Origin: Candidatus Parcubacteria bacterium | GTDB taxonomy: Bacteria > Patescibacteriota > Minisyncoccia > Phycocordibacterales > PALSA-1337 | DNA length: 64,000 nt | Reading direction: 5' to 3' | Assembly (NCBI GenBank): GCA_039799225.1 | Contig: JBDLTF010000001.1 | Span: forward strand, 42,488-106,487 | Shown: in pieces, positions 45,924 through 55,318 of the stretch | Layout: each line of letters starts with the position of its first letter | Numbering within the stretch: position 1 is the stretch's first letter | Made by a program: the position numbers and the translations under genes | Notes under the pieces: model-generated | What the model was told of the DNA's origin: nothing | Seen by the model: the letters and a program-made list of their open reading frames with translations, nothing else | Databases searched by the model: none

Positions 45924-48464
45924 ATGTCACCAGCCAAGAAAAAGTCCTCACAGAAGGGCGCACAGGAGACCAAGAGGCTGGTCTTGCTGGATTCTCACGC
46001 CATACTCCATCGTGCCTATCACGCCCTACCTGATTTCTCGACAGCGCGTGGTGAACCTACCGGAGCACTCTATGGCCTCTCAGCCATGCTTATTAGTATC
46101 ATCGAGCAGCTCAAGCCTGACTATGTGGTCGCGTGTTATGACCTCAAAGGCCCTACATTCCGCCATGAGGCGTACAAGGCGTACAAAGCTCAGCGTAAGG
46201 ATATAGATGATGACCTCATCACGCAGATCAATAGGTCGCCCGACATATTCAAGTCATTGGATGTGCCGATTTATAGTAAAGAAGGATTTGAAGCGGACGA
46301 TATGCTCGGTACTATTGTCGAACAAGTGAAGGCACAGAATGCTTCCAAGAAAAGTGGGCCGAAGATCGAAATTGTTATCGCATCGGGAGATATGGATACC
46401 CTTCAGCTTGTACGCGGCAAAGACGTGCAGGTGTACACACTCAAGAAGGGTATCAAGGATACGATTATTTATGATGAGGATATGGTTCGTGAACGATTTG
46501 GATTTGGCCCTGAACTCATTCCTGACTATAAGGGTCTTCGTGGTGATCCGTCAGATAATATTATTGGTGTGAAAGGTATTGGTGAGAAGACAGCGACGAT
46601 TCTCATCACGACATTTGGAACGATGGAGAAGATGTATAAGGAATTGGAAGCTGGTCATGAGAAAAAGTTCTTGGATGCAGGAATCACGCCGCGCATTGTT
46701 CAGCTTTTGAAAGATAACAAAGAAGAGGCGGAATTTAGCAAGATGCTCGCGACTATCAATAGGAAGGCGCCAGTGGAATTTGTTGTGCCAGAAAAAACAT
46801 TTAAGGAAGGTCTTGATATCAAGAAGGTAACGGCGTTGTGGACTCAGCTTGAATTTAGAATGTTGATACAGAGGTTGCAGAAGGTCGTCGGCGGTGGGGG
46901 TTCAGGAGCAGCAACAGAGGAAAGTAGATTCGCTCAGGGTACGCCGTCTGCGTCTGCTGACGCAGCGGCTCGTTCTCCTTCGCCTACGCTCAGTCCGAAA
47001 CGTCCTTCAGAACCTCTCCCTCCAGGCGAAACGCCAGTGGTGACTTCGCTCTTTAATAGCAATATAGATCAGAAACTGCTTAAGGAGACGTTGCTTGCGT
47101 TGTGGCTAGTGAATTCGAATCTGACCAATCCGACATTGGAGGATCTGCTCAATTTTGGTAACACGGATGAATTTGAGAAGGCGAGAGAGGTGGTGTATAT
47201 AGAGTTGGATAAGAGAAATCTCCGCAAGGTGTATGAGGATATTGAACTTCCACTTATTCCGATTACGGATAAGATGGAGGAACGCGGTATCAAAGTAGAT
47301 AAGATTCTCTTGGAAGATCTCGGTAAGAAGTATCATGCGAAGGCGAATCAGTTGCAGAAGGAGATTTGGAAACTCGCGGATATGGAATTTAACATCAGCT
47401 CGCCCAAGCAACTTGGTGAAGTGCTTTTCGATAAGCTTGGATTGACGGCAAAAGGCATGAAGAAAACTGCTGGTGGCGCACGCTCTACCAAAGAATCCGA
47501 GTTGGAGAAGCTTGTTGATTTGCATCCTATCGTGAAGCTCATCTTCGAATACCGTGAACTCACCAAGCTTCTCTCTACATATATAGACGCTATTCCGCCG
47601 CTGCTCGATAAGGGTAATCGTCTTCATTCACATCTGGTTTCTGCTGGATCTGCGACAGGTCGTATGGCTTCGATCAATCCGAATCTTCAGAATATTCCGA
47701 TCAAGACAGAACTTGGTAAGGCGATCAGGTATGCGTTCGTCGCTGAGAAAGGGTACAAGCTCTGCAGTTTCGACTATTCGCAGATAGAGCTTCGTATTGC
47801 GGCATTTATTTCTGGTGATCAGAAAATGATTGAAATCTTCAAGGGTGGAGAGGATGTGCATGCGTCAGTGGCTTCGTTTGTCTTCAAGGTGCCGCAGGAT
47901 AAGGTCAATCATGAGATGCGTCGTCAGGCCAAGGCGATCAACTTCGGCATGCTCTATGGTATGGGCGTCACCTCTCTCCAGAAGAGCATCGGTACAGATC
48001 GTCCGACAGCTCAGAAATTCTATGACGACTATTTCCAGACATTCTCGACGCTGGCGGACTATTTGAATGGAGTGAAGGCGGAGACTGCTCGTCGCGGATA
48101 TACAGAGACATTCTTCGGTCGTCGTAGGTATTTCGAGGGGATCAAGTCCAAGATTCCGTACATTCGTGCACAAGCTGAGCGTATGGCTATCAACGCGCCA
48201 ATTCAAGGTACTGAAGCGGATGTGATCAAGATCGCGATGATCAGGGTGGATGAATATATCAAGAAGGAGGGGCTTGAGAATGATGTGCATGCGTTGCTTC
48301 AGGTGCATGATGAACTTGTGTATGAGATCAAGAATGAGAAAGCTGAAACGGTTTCCAAAGAGATTGAGAAAATCATGGAAGGAGTGATGAGTCTCGAAGA
48401 TACGAAGGGTATTAGGCTTCGTGCTGATGGGGCGATAGGGGAGACTTGGGGTGAGTTGAAGTAA
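45924..48464 (+). CDS. polA: DNA polymerase I
   Basis: 5'-3' exonuclease domain followed by the polymerase domain (motif A DYSQIELR, motif B RRQAKAINFGMLYG, motif C VHDE). The start is probably MSPAKKK at 45924; the 45780 ORF start overlaps tsaE. Confidence 0.85.
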   Translation: MSPAKKKSSQKGAQETKRLVLLDSHAILHRAYHALPDFSTARGEPTGALYGLSAMLISIIEQLKPDYVVACYDLKGPTFRHEAYKAYKAQRKDIDDDLITQINRSPDIFKSLDVPIYSKEGFEADDMLGTIVEQVKAQNASKKSGPKIEIVIASGDMDTLQLVRGKDVQVYTLKKGIKDTIIYDEDMVRERFGFGPELIPDYKGLRGDPSDNIIGVKGIGEKTATILITTFGTMEKMYKELEAGHEKKFLDAGITPRIVQLLKDNKEEAEFSKMLATINRKAPVEFVVPEKTFKEGLDIKKVTALWTQLEFRMLIQRLQKVVGGGGSGAATEESRFAQGTPSASADAAARSPSPTLSPKRPSEPLPPGETPVVTSLFNSNIDQKLLKETLLALWLVNSNLTNPTLEDLLNFGNTDEFEKAREVVYIELDKRNLRKVYEDIELPLIPITDKMEERGIKVDKILLEDLGKKYHAKANQLQKEIWKLADMEFNISSPKQLGEVLFDKLGLTAKGMKKTAGGARSTKESELEKLVDLHPIVKLIFEYRELTKLLSTYIDAIPPLLDKGNRLHSHLVSAGSATGRMASINPNLQNIPIKTELGKAIRYAFVAEKGYKLCSFDYSQIELRIAAFISGDQKMIEIFKGGEDVHASVASFVFKVPQDKVNHEMRRQAKAINFGMLYGMGVTSLQKSIGTDRPTAQKFYDDYFQTFSTLADYLNGVKAETARRGYTETFFGRRRYFEGIKSKIPYIRAQAERMAINAPIQGTEADVIKIAMIRVDEYIKKEGLENDVHALLQVHDELVYEIKNEKAETVSKEIEKIMEGVMSLEDTKGIRLRADGAIGETWGELK

Positions 48465-48468
48465 TCAT

Positions 48469-49206
48469 ATGCTCTACGTATTTCACGGCACAGATATAGC
48501 CTCCGCAGTGACCAAAGCAACCTCTCTGGTGGATTCACTGCGTACCAAGCGTCCTGATGCATCATATGTACGCGTTGAGGCGTCTCAGTGGAGTCCTTCT
48601 ATCATCGAGGAACATATTGGCGGACAGGGACTCTTCTCAAATAAATACATCATCTACCTTGATCGTGTGACAGAGAATGCAGAAGCAAAAGAATCATTCG
48701 CTGAATTTGTATCAGTCATGGCTGAGTCGACGAACATATTCATCGTCTTGGAAGGGAAGCTCAATGCGGAATTGAAAAAAGCATTTGAGAAGCATGCTGA
48801 GAAAATGGTTGAGTGTGAGAAAAAAGAAGCTGTTAAAAGTTTCGGTGCTGCTTCAGGAGAGTTCAACATCTTCGCGCTTGCCGATGCGGTCGGAGCTCGA
48901 GATCCATTCAAGGCTTGGTCGGTCTATCGTCAGGCAGTCGACGAAGGGAATGAACCGGAGAGTATTATCGGTACACTTTTCTGGCAGGTGAAGTCTATGA
49001 AGCTTGCGGCGGATGCGAAGAGTGCAGGCGAATCTGGCTTGAGTCCGTTCGTGTTTACGAAGGCAAAAAAGGCAGCAGGAAATTATTCAGGAGATGAACT
49101 TGGTAGGCTTACGGACAAGTTGATCTCGATATATCACGATGCACATCGAGGTATGTGTGATGCGGAGTTGGCGGTGGAGAGAGTGATGCTCGACTTGAAG
49201 AAGTAG
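48469..49206 (+). CDS. Possible DNA polymerase III delta subunit-like protein
   Basis: 245 aa. MLYVFHG start, short helical domains, and a position after polA. Confidence 0.35.
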   Translation: MLYVFHGTDIASAVTKATSLVDSLRTKRPDASYVRVEASQWSPSIIEEHIGGQGLFSNKYIIYLDRVTENAEAKESFAEFVSVMAESTNIFIVLEGKLNAELKKAFEKHAEKMVECEKKEAVKSFGAASGEFNIFALADAVGARDPFKAWSVYRQAVDEGNEPESIIGTLFWQVKSMKLAADAKSAGESGLSPFVFTKAKKAAGNYSGDELGRLTDKLISIYHDAHRGMCDAELAVERVMLDLKK

Positions 49207-49320
49207 GTTTTTGTGGTAATGTATGCTCTGAGGCAAGTATCGCTGAAATTCTGGTCGAAAATATTTCGTCGCTCACGCGACAAAATATCTTTCGATCCGA
49301 ATTTCGCAAAACCGAAATTC

Positions 49321-49393
49321 GCGCCCATAGCTCAGTCGGTAGAGCAACTCCCTTTTAAGGAGTGGGTCGTTGGTTCGATTCCAACTGGGCGCA
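49321..49393 (+). tRNA. tRNA-Lys (anticodon UUU)
   Basis: Acceptor GCGCCCA/TGGGCGC, anticodon loop CTTTTAA, T-loop GGTTCGATTCC. Preceded by the palindrome cgaatttcg-caaaac-cgaaattcg. Confidence 0.8.
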
Positions 49394-49401
49394 CAAAAAT
49401 A

Positions 49402-49770
49402 CTAGAGAGGCATGTCGAACGCAAATCGACCAGCACCAAGGAACATAAGAGCAACTGCCATGGCGAGAAGAAGGACATAATAATTCACACCACTGGTGAG
49501 AAACTCCTTGTGGCGAATCTTGAGAGCAAGCTTGATTACAAGGATGACTGCATTGATGAGTGCGGCCACTTGAGTCCAAAGACCGATGATGAGAAATACT
49601 GAGACGAGTATTTCTATACCACCATATACCTTGGTATTACTACCAGAACTGTTACCTCTACCAAGAACCTTCTGGTAACCGAAATAGGCGAGTGTGAGGC
49701 CAAGTACAACGCGCAAGATGAATGGCGCGAGCTGTTCATATGAGAGGAGAGCGGGGAATACTGAAAGCAT
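49402..49770 (-). CDS. DoxX-family membrane protein
   Basis: 122 aa with four TM helices; N-terminus is DoxX-like. Confidence 0.65.
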   Translation of the reverse strand: MLSVFPALLSYEQLAPFILRVVLGLTLAYFGYQKVLGRGNSSGSNTKVYGGIEILVSVFLIIGLWTQVAALINAVILVIKLALKIRHKEFLTSGVNYYVLLLAMAVALMFLGAGRFAFDMPL

Positions 49771-49839
49771 GGTAATGAGTGTTTATTGCGTAATATGCGT
49801 AGTATAGTAGATTTGAGAGACAATTACTAATTATCCGAG

Positions 49840-50340
49840 ATGACCAATAACCAAGATACAACGACCAAGAATGTCCTGGAGATCAGGGTTATTTTGGATA
49901 ACATACGCAGTGTCCATAACGTGGGCTCCATATTCCGCACAGCTGACGCGGCGGGAGTATCGAAGCTATACCTTGTTGAAACTACACCTACGCCAGTCGA
50001 CCGCTTTGGCAGAAAAAGGAAAGATGTGGCGAAGGTCTCATTGGGGGCGGAAGATTCTATTCCTTGGGAGCATGTGGTGGATATAACGAAGACGATACAA
50101 GCACTCAAAAAAGAAGGATTCACTATTGTTGCGCTCGAGCAAGATGAGAAGTCTGTTGATTATCAATCTGTAAATTCAAAGAATAAGATTGCGCTCATTC
50201 TTGGAAATGAAGTTGGAGGTATTTCGAAAGAGATTCTTAAACTAGTCGATGTAATCATCGAGATACCTATGGCAGGGAAGAAAGAGTCCTTGAATGTATC
50301 GGTGGCTGCGGGGATCGCACTGTTTCAACTCAATCGCTGA
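49840..50340 (+). CDS. SpoU/TrmH-family RNA 2'-O-methyltransferase
   Basis: 166 aa. LDNIRSVHNVGSIFRTADAAGV, and a C-terminal SLNVSVAAGIALF. Confidence 0.75.
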   Translation: MTNNQDTTTKNVLEIRVILDNIRSVHNVGSIFRTADAAGVSKLYLVETTPTPVDRFGRKRKDVAKVSLGAEDSIPWEHVVDITKTIQALKKEGFTIVALEQDEKSVDYQSVNSKNKIALILGNEVGGISKEILKLVDVIIEIPMAGKKESLNVSVAAGIALFQLNR

Positions 50341-51245
50341 TGTGTATCGCAGAAGTGAGTACCTCTACCGCCAAGAACAATTCTGACAATCTTTCCGCCA
50401 CATCCTCTCTTCTCACATATCGATCCTGTTCTCTGGTACGCGCGATGTTTTTCGTGGAATTCTCCTTTGTTTCCATGAATGTTTCTATAATCTGACGTCG
50501 AGTCTCCGCCGAAGTTAATTCCTTTTGAAAGTGTTTGTTTCACTGCTGTGTAGAGTGATTTCATCTCTTTCACAGGTATGTTCGATACTTTCTGTACCGG
50601 ATGTATGCCTGCGCGCCAGAGTGATTCGTCCGCATATATATTTCCGATGCCTGCGATGATGCCCTGATCCATCAAGACTTGTTTGATCTTGCCATTCGGT
50701 TTGAGTTTCAATCTCGAAGCGAACTTCTCGAAGGTGAAGGTGTCATGCAATGGTTCGGGGCCAATAGTATTCAGATGATCTGAATCATGCAGCGTCTTCG
50801 AATCAATCAGTGTCACCTTGGCGAATTTCCTCACATCAGAAAGAGCGAGATGTTTTTTGTTCGAGAATGAAAGCATGAAATGAACATGTTTGTTGAACGG
50901 ATCTTTTAGCGACTCAGGTTCAATCGCTTCCCAAGGATCTTTTTTCATATCTTTGTTGAAATGATATCGACCATACAGAAGGTGACCGGTCATCTTGAGA
51001 TGCACGAGTAGGGTAGAACCATTCGAGAGACCTATCAATATATTCTTCGCACGTCGCTCGGCCGAAATGATTTTCGTATCAATAATCTGTTTTCTCATCT
51101 GCGCAAAATACGAACGATCTTTGATTGTTTCAGAACCTTTGAAATGCACGCTGTCATAATCAGACCATGCATCCACTATATGAAGACCGATCACGTTCTC
51201 ACGTAATCCATTTACTGTTGTCTGTACTTCGGGGAGTTCGGGCAT
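50325..51245 (-). CDS. mutM: Formamidopyrimidine-DNA glycosylase
   Basis: 306 aa. N-terminal MPELPEV, C-terminal zinc finger CxxC...CxxC. Confidence 0.85.
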   Translation of the reverse strand: MPELPEVQTTVNGLRENVIGLHIVDAWSDYDSVHFKGSETIKDRSYFAQMRKQIIDTKIISAERRAKNILIGLSNGSTLLVHLKMTGHLLYGRYHFNKDMKKDPWEAIEPESLKDPFNKHVHFMLSFSNKKHLALSDVRKFAKVTLIDSKTLHDSDHLNTIGPEPLHDTFTFEKFASRLKLKPNGKIKQVLMDQGIIAGIGNIYADESLWRAGIHPVQKVSNIPVKEMKSLYTAVKQTLSKGINFGGDSTSDYRNIHGNKGEFHEKHRAYQRTGSICEKRGCGGKIVRIVLGGRGTHFCDTHQRLS

Positions 51246-51291
51246 ATCTCAAGTTAAGAGCAAACGAGCGCAAAGCGCAAGTTAGTGTTAT

Positions 51292-51410
51292 AGACACCCC
51301 GCAGGCGGCGCATGTGTGCGCAACATGGTACACGTAGTTTCTTAATATAATCTATACCTGTTCACTGCGTGTACCATGTTGCGCACACATGCGCCGCCTG
51401 CGGGGTGTCT
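51292..51410. repeat. Giant perfect palindrome, element B: 43-bp arms agacaccccgcaggcggcgcatgtgtgcgcaacatggtacacg around a 33-nt AT-rich loop, lying between divergent genes
   Basis: Exact reverse-complement arms. Shares the GCGCATGTGTGCG...CAAC core with 36571-36684. Confidence 0.7.
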
Positions 51411-51430
51411 GCTATACTATGTGCAATATT

Positions 51431-52687
51431 ATGCGCCACTATATAGCCCTCGCTATCCTCATAAGCTTATTCCTGACGCCCTGGATGGCGACTCATTTTC
51501 CTGAACAAGCTGCTCGCCTCGCGGGATATATTGAGAATGTAGGAAGTCAGATTGCCGCAATAGTGACTCACAACCCACGTACCATTGCAGGGCTCCAGAA
51601 GAAGTATTCCGTGGACGCGGAGAGGGGAAGAGCGAAGATTCGAGTGGTCCTCATTCCTGGTCATGAGCCTGGATATGGTGGTGCGGAGTACGGCGATCTC
51701 AAAGAGCGCGATCTCACTGTGCAGCTTGCTGGTGAACTCGCGAATTTCCTTCGTATGAACAGTAAATATGAAGTTGTTATTGCACGCGACGATAAGGCGT
51801 GGAATCCTATTTTCCAGAACTATTTCGATAATTCATGGGACAGCATTATTGAATGGCAGAAGGCTCACAAAGCTGAGTCTCTCCGCCAGGTCACAGAGGT
51901 GGATACAGATTTTGTACCCAAGGTGCACCATAACAGTGCACCCAATGATGTTGCATATCGTCTCTACGGTATTACCAAGTGGTCCAATGAGAACGCAGTC
52001 GACATAGCCGTACATATTCACTTCAATGATTACCCAGGTCACGGATGGAAAATTCCTGGAGAGTACAGCGGGTTCTCTATATATGTTCCAGAAGCCCAGT
52101 ATTTGAACAGCACCACGACGCGTGCTATCGCGGAGACAGTCTTCAAGCGTCTGGCGAAATACAATGCAGTTTCTGATTTTCAGGGAGAATCAGCCGGCAT
52201 CGTCGACGAACGAGAGCTTATAGCTATCGGTGCAAATAATACTGCTGACGCGGCAAGCTTACTTGTCGAGTATGCATATCTCTATGAACAGCAGATCGCA
52301 AATCCAGAGACACGTACGCTCGCGCTCAAGGACCTAGCTTACCAAACATACCTTGGTCTCGAGGATTTCTTCAATCAAGGCAAGGCAACAGTCGCCTCGA
52401 CAGCATATGATACGTTGACCCTTCCTCATACATGGAGTAGTCCACTCTCAGAGACAGTTGCATCTATGGGTGATGTGTATGCGCTTCAGACCGCACTTCT
52501 TCTCGATGGTGTGTATCCTCCAGGAAACAGAAGCAAGAATGATTGTCCACGCACGGGGAAGATAGGTCCATGCACGAAGGAGGCTATCAAGGAGTTTCAA
52601 AATAAATATGGTTTGGAGGTAACAGGTACAATAGGCCCTAAGACATTGGAGAAGCTCAACGGCCTCTATTCAGTGAAGCCTATTTAA
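51431..52687 (+). CDS. N-acetylmuramoyl-L-alanine amidase (Amidase_3) with a C-terminal peptidoglycan-binding domain
   Basis: MurNAc-LAA motifs (IPGHEPG, GAEY.., HFN), C-terminal PG_binding_1-like LQTALLLDG...TGTIGPKT. The start is set at 51431 because the 51389 start lies inside the palindrome arm. Confidence 0.7.
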   Translation: MRHYIALAILISLFLTPWMATHFPEQAARLAGYIENVGSQIAAIVTHNPRTIAGLQKKYSVDAERGRAKIRVVLIPGHEPGYGGAEYGDLKERDLTVQLAGELANFLRMNSKYEVVIARDDKAWNPIFQNYFDNSWDSIIEWQKAHKAESLRQVTEVDTDFVPKVHHNSAPNDVAYRLYGITKWSNENAVDIAVHIHFNDYPGHGWKIPGEYSGFSIYVPEAQYLNSTTTRAIAETVFKRLAKYNAVSDFQGESAGIVDERELIAIGANNTADAASLLVEYAYLYEQQIANPETRTLALKDLAYQTYLGLEDFFNQGKATVASTAYDTLTLPHTWSSPLSETVASMGDVYALQTALLLDGVYPPGNRSKNDCPRTGKIGPCTKEAIKEFQNKYGLEVTGTIGPKTLEKLNGLYSVKPI

Positions 52688-53966
52688 CAGACAGCATTTT
52701 CTGGAGCTCTTCTTTTGCAATCTTTGCATCACTCCACGAAGTCTTCGTTCCTTTTGGTCCCATGATGTAGGGGTCAGTTCCTTTTCCGGTGATGAGTACA
52801 GCGTCTCCTGTCTTCGCTCGCTTCACGGCTTCATGTATAGCTTCACGGCGATCCATGATGATCGTTGGTCGCTGAGTTGATACTCCTTTCGCTACATCGT
52901 CGACTATTTTCTTCGGATCTTCATCGTACGGATCTTCATCAGTGAGAATGATTTCTGCGCAATAGGTGTCTGCTATCTTGCCCATGATTTCGCGCTTGCT
53001 CGTGTCACGTCCGCCGCCAGTTCCACCGAGAACACAGATGTTTCTTGAGGATTGAAATACTTGATAGAGCTTCTCGAGAGAGTCAGCAGTGTGAGCGTAG
53101 TCGACAATGACAGTGAAGTCCTGTCCTGCTTCTATTTTCTGTACGCGACCAGGTATGCCGTTGAATCCTTCGATTGCACGAATTATTTCTTGAGTACCAA
53201 CACCTTGGCTTTTGGCTGCAGTGATGGCCGCAGTAATGTTGTAGAGATTGAAGAGGCCAGAGAGGTGGGAACGTACGCGTCTGCCATCGAGAGTGAATTC
53301 CAACCCTTCCTTTTTGATTTCATACGGCTCGACATCGTGGATACTGAAGCTCATCTTCTTATCTGCGCCACACTCCATGAAGCGGTCACTTTCTGTATCG
53401 TCAGCATTAACTATGAGTGTGCGATTTTCTTTCTTGGACTTACCGAGCTGGCGTGCGATAGAAAGCTTGGACTGTGCATAGTTCTCATACGAACCATGTG
53501 CCTCAATATGTTCAGGAGAGAGGTTGGTGAAAACGAACGCATCCATCTGGATGAAGCGGTGACGATGAAGGAGTGCACCCTGTGATGTCATCTCCATAAT
53601 CATGTACTGACAATCGTTGTTGACCGCTTTCCTAATAATTTTCTGTATGAAGAATCGTCCCGGCATACTCATCTTGTAGAGATTGTCAGAAGAGATGTCG
53701 CCGACCTTGAAGCGGATAGTGTTCGAGACAGCAGTTTTGTACCCAGCTTCTTCGAGAATTGAGTTCAAGATTTCGACAGTCGAGCTCTTACCCTTGGTGC
53801 CGGTAATGGCAATGACTTTGATGTCGCGCGAAGGGAAGCGGTACCAGAGCGCCGCTGCAAATGACAGAGTCCAGTGGTATGCCGGCTGGAGGAAGCTAAA
53901 TAGCTTGGTAGGGATGTGTCTGCGAACCTTGTCGAGAGTAGCGTCGAGCATATGTTTGGTGTTCAC
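52680..53966 (-). CDS. murE: Mur ligase family protein, probably UDP-MurNAc-tripeptide synthetase MurE
   Basis: 428 aa. P-loop ITGTKGKSST, with Mur ligase middle and C-terminal domains. Confidence 0.65.
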   Translation of the reverse strand: MNTKHMLDATLDKVRRHIPTKLFSFLQPAYHWTLSFAAALWYRFPSRDIKVIAITGTKGKSSTVEILNSILEEAGYKTAVSNTIRFKVGDISSDNLYKMSMPGRFFIQKIIRKAVNNDCQYMIMEMTSQGALLHRHRFIQMDAFVFTNLSPEHIEAHGSYENYAQSKLSIARQLGKSKKENRTLIVNADDTESDRFMECGADKKMSFSIHDVEPYEIKKEGLEFTLDGRRVRSHLSGLFNLYNITAAITAAKSQGVGTQEIIRAIEGFNGIPGRVQKIEAGQDFTVIVDYAHTADSLEKLYQVFQSSRNICVLGGTGGGRDTSKREIMGKIADTYCAEIILTDEDPYDEDPKKIVDDVAKGVSTQRPTIIMDRREAIHEAVKRAKTGDAVLITGKGTDPYIMGPKGTKTSWSDAKIAKEELQKMLSVK

Positions 53967-53974
53967 AGTATGTA

Positions 53975-54559
53975 TTATCTCCCGAGTTCTTTCAATGCCG
54001 CTTTAACTTTCTTTCCTGTATCAGAAATGTCAGGAGAAATCTTCTTGAGCGCGTCTCTCGCCTCGTCGGTCTCGTAGCCGAGCGCGCGAAGAGCTTCGAG
54101 TGCGTCCATATCGCTCGACATGCCAGCTGAGAGGGTAGGGTCGTCAGAGTGGAATGATGCACCAGCAATCTTGTCTTTCAATTCAAGAACAATCTTCTCT
54201 GCAGTTTTCTTGCCGATACCAGAAACTTTCACAAGATGTGCGACCGATCCACTTCTGATTGAGCTTGCGAGTGTATCTACGGACACGAGTGACAGAATAT
54301 TCAAAGCACTCTTCGGACCTATTCCGGAAATCCCTATGAGGAGCTCGAAGAATGAACGTTCCTTCTGAGTAGTGAATCCATAGAGATCGAGTGCATCCTC
54401 ACGAACGATGAGGTGTGCCCAAAAGGTTACTTCCTGGCCAGTTTTCAGGGTGTGGATGGTGTCATCGGTCGTATAGACCTTATAGCCAAGGCCATTCATG
54501 TCGAGGACGGCATATCGGGAGCCAAGCTCAAGTATGGGGCCACGAAGGTAGGAGATCAT
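53975..54559 (-). CDS. ruvA: Holliday junction DNA helicase subunit RuvA
   Basis: 194 aa. MISYLRG N-terminal OB domain and HhH motifs. Confidence 0.85.
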   Translation of the reverse strand: MISYLRGPILELGSRYAVLDMNGLGYKVYTTDDTIHTLKTGQEVTFWAHLIVREDALDLYGFTTQKERSFFELLIGISGIGPKSALNILSLVSVDTLASSIRSGSVAHLVKVSGIGKKTAEKIVLELKDKIAGASFHSDDPTLSAGMSSDMDALEALRALGYETDEARDALKKISPDISDTGKKVKAALKELGR

Positions 54560-54658
54560 GGGGAAAGTATAGCAGATTTACTGTAGAGGGCATCTTGTAG
54601 GGTGAATGGTGCTTTACTTCTTCATTCTAATATGGTACCTTTCTCTCACACACAAACA

Positions 54659-54923
54659 TATGCCTATTACCTCATCAGCTCACAAAGCACTCCGCGCCTC
54701 AAAGAAGAAGCGCGTCTTCAATCTTCGCCGCAAGTCAGCTATAGAGAAGAACATGAAGGAGTTCCGCAAGCTCGTATCCGCAAAGGATAAGAAAGCTGCA
54801 GAGAAGCTCGTCCCGACTATCTACCAGACTCTCGATAAGGCTGCAAAGACCGGTTACATCAAGGCTAACACCGCTAGCCGTACCAAGTCCCGCGTCATGG
54901 CGGCTTTGAAGAAGCTCGCATAA
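54659..54923 (+). CDS. rpsT: 30S ribosomal protein S20
   Basis: MPITSSAHKALRASKKKR... is the S20 signature. The start is probably the ATG at 54659, not 54606. Confidence 0.85.
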
Positions 54924-54934
54924 TACGGGCCCGC

Positions 54935-55006
54935 GCCCTCATCGTTCAATGGATAGGACGCAAGATTGCGGATCTTGCAATGTAGGTTCGATTCCTACTG
55001 AGGGCA
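54935..55006 (+). tRNA. tRNA-Arg (anticodon GCG, unusual)
   Basis: Acceptor GCCCTCA/TGAGGGC, anticodon stem CAAGA/TCTTG with loop TTGCGGA, T-arm GTAGGTTCGATTCCTAC. Confidence 0.55.
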
Positions 55007-55015
55007 CCTGAGAGA

Positions 55016-55041
55016 AAAATCCAACCTACGTTGGATTTTTT
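55016..55041 (+). terminator. Intrinsic terminator aaaatccaac-ctac-gttggatttttt
   Basis: Perfect hairpin plus T-run. Nearly identical to the terminator at 63466-63500. Confidence 0.6.
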
Positions 55042-55123
55042 GATTCCTACGGTTTTTTCATGCAATATCATGTCATATTTGGCAATGTAAGACGCCCGCA
55101 ACTCCAACCGTCAGTAGAGAGAC

Positions 55124-55306
55124 ATGAAGAAATACCGGAGACACATCAAACTAACGATTTACGTATTGGTGGCGATAAATATCGCCTTTTTGTTGGGTGC
55201 GTTATATCGCCTGTATTCGGAGAATAAGATATTGAAGAGCCTAATTGAGAGTAGGGCAGATAACAAAATAGGCAGTGAATATACTGCCTATAATGCGAGT
55301 GTATAA
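55124..55306 (+). CDS. Small single-TM hypothetical protein
   Basis: 60 aa. Weak call. Confidence 0.25.
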   Translation: MKKYRRHIKLTIYVLVAINIAFLLGALYRLYSENKILKSLIESRADNKIGSEYTAYNASV

Positions 55307-55318
55307 TCTATTCCTGTA

